From NCBI RefSeq assembly GCF_019633745.1, contig NZ_CP037968.1:912789-936788 (forward strand): a stretch of 24,000 nt of DNA. The letters are read 5' to 3'. Below are positions 16,481 to 23,317 of this stretch, one piece after another. The position numbers were made by a program, and so were the translations under genes. How positions within the stretch are numbered: position 1 is the first letter of the stretch; each line of letters starts with the position of its first letter. The notes below the pieces were generated by a model. That model made no database searches. It had not been told where the DNA came from and saw only the letters and a list, made by a program, of their open reading frames with translations. The DNA comes from Methanofollis formosanus. GTDB lineage: Archaea; Halobacteriota; Methanomicrobia; Methanomicrobiales; Methanofollaceae.

Positions 16481-16560
16481 GTTGAATTACCATGAAAATG
16501 ATCCAGACGATCCTCTCTTCAAGTTTGCATGAGAGTTTGCACTCTTCATATCACGTTGAA

Positions 16561-16786
16561 GCCGATACGCAGAGGATAAAAAAATTCTTCTGATGGATCG
16601 ACCGCCCCCATCGTCGAGATTTCCCTGCCATCTCGCGCCGGGGAGTTTCACCCCCCGGACCCTCCACGGACCGAAGATAGGTGGGGGCTGCGATGGAACG
16701 AAGTCTCCACCAGTTCTCCTGTCTTGAAAAGAGAGAGAGCACGTGACGAGAAATTTTCATCACGTATGCTTGAACCCCACGTTCAT
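16561..16786 (-). repeat. copy C2 of the dispersed structured intergenic repeat
   Basis: Same block order as C1. GC hairpin at 16638-16658, which gives 8 bp including one G-U only when read on the minus strand. 9-bp hairpin ACGTGACGA-gaaattt-TCATCACGT at 16741-16765, again with a G-U pair only on the minus strand. A7 run at 16578-16584 (T7 on minus) at its 3' end. Confidence 0.7.
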
Positions 16787-16817
16787 GCCCGATTCTACAG
16801 AACCCTATAATCTCCTT

Positions 16818-17258
16818 TCATTCGGACGTGAGTCGAGAGATCGTGAGAAACGGGCATCTTTTGAAATCATTGTCAAATGTTGCGATCTCAGGGATCGCAT
16901 GCTGAAGACATGTTGCGGCGATAAGAGCATCGTTCGGCAAAAGGCCGTACTCTCTCATCAATTCTCGCGCCTTCTGCTCTTCAGAATGGGTGAGGGGGAT
17001 GGTCTGAGCAATATCAATAAGTTTTTCGACTTTCTGGAGTTCTGTTTTTATTTCTGTTATAATATCGGGATTTGTTTTTATTTCATGAGGTTTTTTGCCG
17101 GTGTACAGGCGTATAAACACATGCATGACTTCGCTCCCGACAATTGCATTTCGGTAGATCCGCTTTTTCTGACTGAAGGCCAAAAAATGTCGAGAGATCT
17201 CTTCATCTCCTTCCAGTATCTTTAGGAAGACATTTGAATCAATAAAGGCCCCATTCAT
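16818..17258 (-). CDS. vapC: PIN-domain toxin (VapC-like ribonuclease, 146 aa)
   Basis: [15 protein letters not shown] (N-terminal acidic D), ...[13 protein letters not shown]...ATFDNDF. This is the PIN acidic-residue pattern. It overlaps the upstream antitoxin gene by 20 nt. Confidence 0.8.
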   Translation of the reverse strand: MNGAFIDSNVFLKILEGDEEISRHFLAFSQKKRIYRNAIVGSEVMHVFIRLYTGKKPHEIKTNPDIITEIKTELQKVEKLIDIAQTIPLTHSEEQKARELMREYGLLPNDALIAATCLQHAIPEIATFDNDFKRCPFLTISRLTSE

Positions 17259-17436
17259 TTTCCATCTCTTTCAGCGCTTTTTCAGTATCTTTCCCTTTCA
17301 AAAGACCGAATGCGGCATCGATGGTGTTGGATGGTTCTTCTATGGCGATCCGGATCCGTGTCCCCTCCTTCAGGTCGATCTTCTGGAGGGGCCTGAGGAC
17401 GCCGGATTCATAGATGGCATCGATCACTTTTGTCAT
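17239..17436 (-). CDS. vapB: small antitoxin of the DUF104/AF2212-like type paired with PIN toxins (65 aa)
   Basis: [34 protein letters not shown] is the typical pattern of this archaeal antitoxin family. SD GAGAGGAGAAG lies upstream. Confidence 0.7.
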   Translation of the reverse strand: MTKVIDAIYESGVLRPLQKIDLKEGTRIRIAIEEPSNTIDAAFGLLKGKDTEKALKEMENEWGLY

Positions 17437-17574
17437 CGTCTTCTCCTCTCGGTTGTACCATGAAAGATATTTCTGGAAGGTTTTTCCCTCACCGACAGGG
17501 TATGAGGGTGTTGATGATAGATCATCAGTCTCCGGGAATGAAGACTCGATGGCATCATCACGTGATGGTTCGTA

Positions 17575-17847
17575 CTATCGTATTGGTACATAAGGATTTG
17601 GACGGGCCTGATAGGGGGTCTCCGGGGTGGTGATCCCATCGATTGGCGGGATGGAAATTCCCCTCCTCAGCTGGATCACAAGCCAGTCGTCGACGACTTC
17701 GGCCAGATTTTTCCGGCACTCTTCCAGGGTCGTACCGGTGGCCCATACCCCCGGCAGGTCAGGGATCTCCCCATAGTAGGGTTCTTCGCCCTCGATGATC
17801 TCATAGTGGGCATGCTGCAATGCCGCCGTGATGTATTCGATGATCAT
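17575..17847 (-). CDS. HicB-like (UPF0150) antitoxin-family protein (90 aa from ATG 17847; GTG 17853 possible)
   Basis: YYGEIPDLPGVWATGTTLEECRKNLAEVVDDWL matches the HicB N-domain pattern (vPdlpGc.t.GeTleEa..n..eai..w). No HicA-like ORF was found beside it. Confidence 0.65.
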   Translation of the reverse strand: MIIEYITAALQHAHYEIIEGEEPYYGEIPDLPGVWATGTTLEECRKNLAEVVDDWLVIQLRRGISIPPIDGITTPETPYQARPNPYVPIR

Positions 17848-17966
17848 GTCCACTCAAGAGGGACCATGGATCCCTGAGAAGAATAAGACTTTGCCATATG
17901 AGGGGATGGACGGTCCTGTCGCCGGGTCCGGGAGGGTGGTGCTGGTGGAGTCAGAGTATGTACCTT

Positions 17967-18497
17967 TCATTCTTTACCAGGCCCGTCCTCCCCGATGCAC
18001 GACATCCCATCCTCCTCTCTCTCATTCTCTTCTTCTGTTCCGCGGGAGATGATCCACGCGACGCCGAGGAGGAGAGGCACGCCGACCGGCACGGAGAAAC
18101 CCGCGGGCCCGTGGAAGAGCGGGCCGTACTGCGCGATCACCGCGGCGAGGTAGGCGATGCCGGCGCCGGTGACGAGGAGGGAGAGGGGTTTTCTGAAGGT
18201 TTCGTATTCCTCGTGCCGTTTGAGGACGAGGCAGGCGACCGCGACGAGGAGGAGGAGGGTGCCGCCGAGCCAGAGGAGGACGGAGAGTGCGGAACGGCCA
18301 GCAAGGATGCCCGAGGTGACATAGTCGAGGTCGCGGAAGAGGGTGATGAGATTTGTGCCCATGTAGGTCTGCTGGTACCGGAAGAGGGCGAACTGGATGC
18401 CGGCACCGATGCCGTCGCCGATGAGGTAGATGTTGGTGGGCAGGGCGAGGGTGAGGGCGAGGAGGGCGGCGAGGAAGGGGCGGGTGGTCGTCGTCAT
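17967..18497 (-). CDS. integral membrane protein (176 aa, about 4-5 TM, acidic C-tail), unknown function
   Basis: ATG 18497 is preceded by CAGGAGACG. The translation is hydrophobic. It is co-oriented with, and downstream of, the 584-aa membrane protein gene. Confidence 0.6.
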   Translation of the reverse strand: MTTTTRPFLAALLALTLALPTNIYLIGDGIGAGIQFALFRYQQTYMGTNLITLFRDLDYVTSGILAGRSALSVLLWLGGTLLLLVAVACLVLKRHEEYETFRKPLSLLVTGAGIAYLAAVIAQYGPLFHGPAGFSVPVGVPLLLGVAWIISRGTEEENEREEDGMSCIGEDGPGKE

Positions 18498-18639
18498 CGC
18501 AGCGTCTCCTGCCGGCAGGATGGTCGTGCGAGATGGTGTTGGTCAGAGAGAGCGTCGGTCATTCTCCTGAAGAAGAGGGCGTGTACAGAGAAGAATCTGC
18601 CGTATCCGGTCTCATTCCAGAGAGATGGCCATCCCCTCA

Positions 18640-20394
18640 TCAGAAGGGGAAGAGCCAGTACTGGATGTACCAGATATACTGCACCGCCGGGATCCAGAAG
18701 TGGTAGCCTTCCCAGCAGGTGGTGGCGAAGCGGAAGTCCACCACCAGTCCCCATGCAAGGGAGAAGATCATCAGCACCGGGACGGCATAGGCGAGGGCTC
18801 TGGAAGGGATTTTGTTGAGGAAGACCCCGCAGAAGAGCGTCACAGTCACCCCGAGGTAGAGATAGGTGAGATACATCAGGAAGGCGATCTCTCCGGCCGC
18901 CCATGTACCTGAGATGACCAGGAGGACGACGTAGATGAGAGGCAGGTCAAGGAGCACGAGCCAGAAGAGTGTTTTCAACGAGGTCTTGATCTCGCCGTCG
19001 CCGAAGCCCACGTATTTGAGGGCATAGAGGCCGAGGACGAGCGTCGGTAGGTAGAGGGGGGAGAGGTAGCGCATGTCCGGGACGATGCCCGGGCTTGACG
19101 GCATCCAGGCGACGGAGCGGAGGTAGGTGATCATCACCAGGACCGCGGCCAGGGCGAAGAAGGCGAGGAGATGGAGATCTCGCTGAGGGATGCCGATATC
19201 GCCCTGACGGTAGAGGGCGTAGCCGACAGTAATAGCCAGGATGAGGGCGAAGAAGGAGAGCGAGGAGACCTGGAAGATCCCGGCCGAATTTCCAGAGACC
19301 GGGTCGATGAAGGCGCCGTAGAGGCCGGAGAAGAGGTCGCCGGAGGAGGGAGTGAACTGCCTGATCACGTTGAACAGGAGGCTCCCCATTCCCTCCGGCA
19401 TCTGCGAGGAGGTGGCCGAGGCGTAGCCTGCGACCCAGGGGAGGAGGAGGGGGTTGCCGCAGAGGGCCAGGTTGTTTACGAAGAGTGGGAGAGCGCCGAG
19501 CGGCACCCCGAGGACGGCGAGGGCCGTTGTTCCGGCGGTGCGCCACCCTTTCCGCACCGAGAGCGCGAGGGCGAAGAGGAAGAACCCGACGGCCAGGGCG
19601 GGCCCCAGTTCAGGCCGCGCCCATGCCGTCCACCCGACGGCGATGAAGGAGGCGAAGAGCCAGAGGGGCCGGTCGCGGGAGATCCAGAGGGTAAAGAGGT
19701 ACAGGGCCGTCGCAAAGAAGAGGGCGACGAGCATGTGATCCTTGGCGTTCCCTGCCCAGAAGAGATACGACGAGCAGCAGACCGTCGCCACCAGACCGAA
19801 GAGTCCCCAGCGGTCGGAGTTGAAGACTTCCCGGAAGATGAGGCAGGCAAGCACACCGAAGAGGGCGAAGGCCACGCCGTTGGTGAAGACGATCGCGGCG
19901 ACCTCGGGATAGACGCTGAGGTCGTAGGGGTGCACCCCCCGCACGAACCAGAAGGGGCGGTAGAGTGCCATGTTGAGGACGAAAAGCACTCCCCACGAGA
20001 TGATCCCCGCGTAGGTCCACGGGATGCCCTGCCAGCGGGCGTACTGCGGGTACCAGAACTCGATCATGAGGAGGAGAAGGAGCAGCAGGGCCGACCAGAG
20101 GAGGACCACGACGAGGCGGAAGTCGTCGCCGAAGAGTGAGAAGAGATAGTAGGCAGGGAGGGAGACGACCGGCAGGGCGAGGGTGTAGCAGAGGCAGTCG
20201 TGATGCGACTGTGCGTACCCTCCTCCGCCATAGGGTTCGTAACCGAAGAGGGGGTCTTTGCCCTCGACCAGGTGGTTGAGTTGACTGGCCGAGATCCATT
20301 CGTCCGTCAGATACAGGGCGGGATAGCCCACACTGCAGGCGAGCAGTACGCAGACGACAAAGATGGTGCAGCAGTCCCGAAAAAAAAGGTTCAT
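18640..20394 (-). CDS. large polytopic membrane protein (584 aa, roughly 14+ TM); GT-C-fold-like putative glycosyltransferase (tentative)
   Basis: The translation is almost entirely hydrophobic. An acidic pair sits in the first loop after TM1 (YLTDEWISASQ), where GT-C enzymes carry DE/DxD. ATG 20394 lies 7 nt after the pilin-1 stop (TTG 20409 is the track start). No WWDxG motif, so it is not an AglB/STT3. Confidence 0.75.
   Translation of the reverse strand: MNLFFRDCCTIFVVCVLLACSVGYPALYLTDEWISASQLNHLVEGKDPLFGYEPYGGGGYAQSHHDCLCYTLALPVVSLPAYYLFSLFGDDFRLVVVLLWSALLLLLLLMIEFWYPQYARWQGIPWTYAGIISWGVLFVLNMALYRPFWFVRGVHPYDLSVYPEVAAIVFTNGVAFALFGVLACLIFREVFNSDRWGLFGLVATVCCSSYLFWAGNAKDHMLVALFFATALYLFTLWISRDRPLWLFASFIAVGWTAWARPELGPALAVGFFLFALALSVRKGWRTAGTTALAVLGVPLGALPLFVNNLALCGNPLLLPWVAGYASATSSQMPEGMGSLLFNVIRQFTPSSGDLFSGLYGAFIDPVSGNSAGIFQVSSLSFFALILAITVGYALYRQGDIGIPQRDLHLLAFFALAAVLVMITYLRSVAWMPSSPGIVPDMRYLSPLYLPTLVLGLYALKYVGFGDGEIKTSLKTLFWLVLLDLPLIYVVLLVISGTWAAGEIAFLMYLTYLYLGVTVTLFCGVFLNKIPSRALAYAVPVLMIFSLAWGLVVDFRFATTCWEGYHFWIPAVQYIWYIQYWLFPF
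20380..20387 (-). terminator. T8 tract (minus strand) 14 nt after the pilin-1 stop, lying inside codons 2-5 of the 584-aa membrane protein gene; possible attenuating terminator
   Basis: A8 on the plus strand. The other pilin paralogs carry T5-T6 tracts at comparable distances after their stops (21177-21182, 21978-21983, 22411-22415). Confidence 0.35.
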
Positions 20395-20401
20395 TTCAGG
20401 A

Positions 20402-20845
20402 TCAGACAAAGGTGTCCAGGATGACCTGCTCGTACCCGTCCTTGAAATGACCTGTCACGACGACGTGATTCTTACCGTCACCGCCAGCGCCAGTAAATGT
20501 CCATGCTTTGCCTACAGGGACACGGCATCCACTCACTTCAGACTCCGCGGGTGCGCTAGTACCAGTTGAACCCGTATCGCCGACAGTATAACAGAGGGCT
20601 TTGTCCTCAACATTCATTATCAGATAACTTAATTCGCCGTTGTCCGCCCCGCCCTTATAGGTGATAATAATATCATCATTCTGCTGAATGGCGGTGGCGG
20701 CGACGATCTTGGTGGTCGAGACATTGCCGGCCATGCCGAAGACGAACGCGGCGATGACCGCCGCGAGGATCACCGTGATGGCGACCATCAGGATGACGCC
20801 GATCACCGGAGATACCGCTTCTTCATTTTTTACGAACTCTTTCAT
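20402..20845 (-). CDS. archaeal type IV pilin-like protein, paralog 1 (DUF1628-type, 147 aa)
   Basis: Class III signal peptide MKEFVKNEEA|VSPVIGVILMVAITVILAAVIAAFV. SD GGAGGAAGGAAGGTGA upstream. C-terminal motif HVVVTGHFKDGYEQVILDTFV is shared by all four paralogs. The 33-aa extension in the track ORF is rejected. Confidence 0.85.
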   Translation of the reverse strand: MKEFVKNEEAVSPVIGVILMVAITVILAAVIAAFVFGMAGNVSTTKIVAATAIQQNDDIIITYKGGADNGELSYLIMNVEDKALCYTVGDTGSTGTSAPAESEVSGCRVPVGKAWTFTGAGGDGKNHVVVTGHFKDGYEQVILDTFV

Positions 20846-20900
20846 CGGTTTTTCACCTTCCTTCCTCCGGGGAGTCAGGATAGCATATGCTTCATCGAGG

Positions 20901-20912
20901 AAATATAATAAT
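20901..20912 (-). promoter_or_regulatory. candidate TATA box for pilin paralog 1
   Basis: AT-rich box about 57 nt upstream of the ATG. Equivalent boxes sit at the same distance upstream of paralogs 2 and 4, each followed by a conserved GCATAT.CTATCC motif. Confidence 0.4.
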
Positions 20913-21194
20913 ATTTTTAATTTATCACGAGATTCTAAACACATGATAATTTATATCTTGTGTTTTGAGTTCTGCAATTTCACCACCCACCGGGCAGATC
21001 TTCTGCCCCGAGGAGGGGCACAGACAGAGAAAAAAGATCAGTACAGCCTCATCGGCAGCCCGCAATTCCCGGACAGATCGCGCCCATTCCTCCCTCGTTT
21101 TCAGCCCTAGGTCTGCGCGGTGACGACAGGCATCGGAGCAAAGAGCGAAGGTATCGTCGGGGTGTGCTGTTATGAGAAAAAATAGGAGAGACGT

Positions 21195-21638
21195 TCAGAC
21201 GAAAGTGTCAAGAACGACCTGTTCGCTGCCGTCTGTGAAGTGGCCGGTTACGACAACATGGTTCTTGCCGCTCCAGTCACCATCACTACTCTCCCTCATC
21301 AGCACCATAGAACTGCCAACCAAGGGCCCAGTAGCACCTGAACTGCTTGCGCTAAGAGTGCCCTTTTTACTGGTAGTATAATAGATCGTACCGTTTGGTG
21401 CGGTTACACTGAGCCATTCTATCAACTGGTGATCAGCACCGCCTTTGTAGGTTATGATAATTTCATCACTGCCCTGTTGAGTGGCGGTGACGGCGACAAT
21501 CTTGGGAGTCGAGATATTGCCGGCCATACCAAGGACAAAGGCGGCGATCACGGCCGCGAGGATCACCGTGATGGCGACCATCAGGATGACGCCTATAACC
21601 GGAGAGATTGCTTCTTCATTCTGGACGAGATGATTCAT
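21195..21638 (-). CDS. archaeal type IV pilin-like protein, paralog 2 (147 aa)
   Basis: MNHLVQNEEA|ISPVIGVILMVAITVILAAVIAAFV. Its SD/5' leader is identical to that of paralog 1. C-terminal HVVVTGHFTDGSEQVVLDTFV. Confidence 0.85.
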   Translation of the reverse strand: MNHLVQNEEAISPVIGVILMVAITVILAAVIAAFVLGMAGNISTPKIVAVTATQQGSDEIIITYKGGADHQLIEWLSVTAPNGTIYYTTSKKGTLSASSSGATGPLVGSSMVLMRESSDGDWSGKNHVVVTGHFTDGSEQVVLDTFV

Positions 21639-21695
21639 CGGTTTTTCACCTTCCTTCCTCCGGGGAGTCAGGATAGAATATGCTCGCCCAAAGCA

Positions 21696-21707
21696 GTATA
21701 AATATAT
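21696..21707 (-). promoter_or_regulatory. candidate TATA box for pilin paralog 2
   Basis: Minus strand ATATATTTATAC, about 59 nt upstream of ATG 21638. Confidence 0.4.
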
Positions 21708-21995
21708 TATTAATTTAATTTTGAACTTTTGATTGGCAATAATTTATATCTTATGTTTTGAGTTCTGCAATTCCGCCGTCCTCAAGGCAGATCCTCCGCC
21801 CTGACGAGGAGGACGGACAAGGGAGAGAAAGAAAAGAGAGGAGTTTCAGCACCATTATTCAAGGATATCAGGATGTATAGCGGCCCCTGCGCCTTCTTCC
21901 CCGCCCCCTAACCTGCGCGGGCGATGGCAGGCATCGGGACCGAAAGGAGAGAGGTCGCCGGGGTACGCCGTTATGAGAAAAAAGGGTAAAGATGG

Positions 21996-22388
21996 TCAGA
22001 CAGAGGTGTCCAGAACGACCTGCGACGAACCGTCGTTGTACGTCGCGATGACCATGACCCGGTGCTTCTTCCCGGGATCTGCGGATGTCGTCGCATTGAC
22101 GGCCACCGACCCGATCGTATGGTCGAGCAGGTCGGCCTGTTCAGCCCCATCGATCGTCCAGTTCAGGTGATCGACCGCGGCCGACCCATCGCCGCCGAGA
22201 TATGTGACCTGAATCGCCCCGTCATCCGTCCTGACAGCCTTTGCCCCGACAAGCCCATTTTCAGGGATATCCCCGAGGGTGCCGAGCGAGAAGGAAGCGA
22301 CAAAAGCGGCGAGGGTCACGGTGACGGCGACCATGAGGACGGTGGCGACGGTCGGGGAGACCGCGTCGTCATCTCCAGACCGAATCAT
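21996..22388 (-). CDS. archaeal type IV pilin-like protein, divergent paralog 3 (130 aa)
   Basis: MIRSGDDDA|VSPTVATVLMVAVTVTLAAFVASF. C-terminal VMVIATYNDGSSQVVLDTSV. Only 36 nt separate it from paralog 4. SD GGGTGGAG upstream. Confidence 0.8.
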   Translation of the reverse strand: MIRSGDDDAVSPTVATVLMVAVTVTLAAFVASFSLGTLGDIPENGLVGAKAVRTDDGAIQVTYLGGDGSAAVDHLNWTIDGAEQADLLDHTIGSVAVNATTSADPGKKHRVMVIATYNDGSSQVVLDTSV

Positions 22389-22424
22389 AGGTCTCCACCC
22401 TCATAAAGAAAAAGGGGAAGAGGT

Positions 22425-22883
22425 TCAGACAAAGGTGTCCAGGACGACCTGGTCGGAGCCATCCGCGAAGTGGGCGGCAACGACGACGTGGTCCTTCGCT
22501 GCAGATCCCTTGTTGTCAAACTTCTGACTGTAACCAACAGGAATGCTCCCAACAACAGGAGAGCTAATCTGATCCACTGAGGTCACATTCATAACTCCCG
22601 TGGAGTTCGCATAGTAGTAAAACGAATTGGTACCGTCAGGAGAAATCCTCAGATACTCGACATTGTTGGAGTCTGCCCCACCCTGGTAGGTGACGATAAT
22701 GGCGGAACCCTGCTGGGTGGCGGTGGCGGCGACATTCTTGGTGGACGACATGTTGCCGGCCATACCAAACACGAACGCAGCGATGACCGCCGCGAGGATC
22801 ACCGTGATGGCGACCATGAGGATGACGCCGATAACCGGCGACACAGCCTCGTCATTCTTTTCAAACTTCTCGAACAGTTTCAT
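22425..22883 (-). CDS. archaeal type IV pilin-like protein, paralog 4 (152 aa from ATG 22883; the track start 22892 is GTG)
   Basis: MKLFEKFEKNDEA|VSPVIGVILMVAITVILAAVIAAFV. SD GGAGGTGA 5 nt upstream. C-terminal HVVVAAHFADGSDQVVLDTFV. Confidence 0.85.
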   Translation of the reverse strand: MKLFEKFEKNDEAVSPVIGVILMVAITVILAAVIAAFVFGMAGNMSSTKNVAATATQQGSAIIVTYQGGADSNNVEYLRISPDGTNSFYYYANSTGVMNVTSVDQISSPVVGSIPVGYSQKFDNKGSAAKDHVVVAAHFADGSDQVVLDTFV

Positions 22884-22939
22884 CGGTTTCACCTCCAGAC
22901 CTCAGGTGAGGCTGGATAGTATATGCTCTCAAGCGAGCA

Positions 22940-22949
22940 GATATAAACC
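22940..22949 (-). promoter_or_regulatory. candidate TATA box for pilin paralog 4 (and probably 3)
   Basis: Minus strand GGTTTATATC, about 58 nt upstream of ATG 22883. Confidence 0.4.
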
Positions 22950-23273
22950 TGCCGATTTTAATCAGAGATAATTTCACAATTATAATTCGATTTTGAGGAT
23001 TTATCTCCAGTAAATGCCATACCGGCCAGAAAAGTCGGGGGATCGCAGGGACGGAGAGCGGAGGGGCAACGAGGAGGTGGAGACCCGGGACCGTGCCGAA
23101 ATTCACGACATATACCCAGAGATATTCCCGATCCGGGACATTGAGGAGCGTATCGTCCTCTCCGGCGGAGCGGGTGCGGGCGAGCAGATGACCCCGCCAT
23201 AGCATGAATCAATATTATAAGTTTTTCCATCAGATCTTGGCCTTCGAACCATGCAGAATTTGATTGCAACCCT

Positions 23274-23281
23274 AAAAAAAA
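23274..23281 (-). terminator. oligo-T (T8) terminator downstream of thiD
   Basis: A8 run on the plus strand, about 37 nt past the thiD stop. Confidence 0.5.
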
Positions 23282-23317
23282 GAGAGATTGAACATCGTCA
23301 TGACAGAAACAGAACGA

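Noticed and set aside
16199-16763. ORFs of 93 and 70 aa (minus strand) covering repeat copies C1 and C2, and the 86-aa ORF 7807-8067 covering C3
   Set aside because: The copies differ by indels that are not multiples of three (+2, +2, +1 nt). The shared nucleotide blocks are read in different frames in different copies. The peptides are Arg/Gly/Pro/Ser-rich. A noncoding repeat is the better explanation.
16741-16765. C/D-box sRNA: a GUGAUGA C-box-like motif on the minus strand of C2 (AUGAUGA on the plus strand near 16280)
   Set aside because: No CUGA D or D' box at the required ~12-nt guide spacing, and no C' box. In C1 the motif is GGGAUGA.
17437-17577. Possible UAG read-through or pyrrolysine fusion of the HicB-like ORF to the downstream antitoxin
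   Set aside because: No Pyl machinery or PYLIS-like evidence is visible. The 46 intervening codons have no recognisable domain. The downstream gene has its own SD and ATG. Most likely coincidence.
20944-21110. 55-aa plus-strand ORF starting in the conserved ATAATTTATATCTT box between pilin paralogs 1 and 2
   Set aside because: The homologous spacer after paralog 2 has an early stop (ATGTTTTGA) in the equivalent frame, so coding is not conserved.
23014-23202. 62-aa plus-strand ORF (highly charged) between pilin paralog 4 and thiD
   Set aside because: Weak and distant SD, low-complexity charged sequence, no recognisable family. Kept as unproven.
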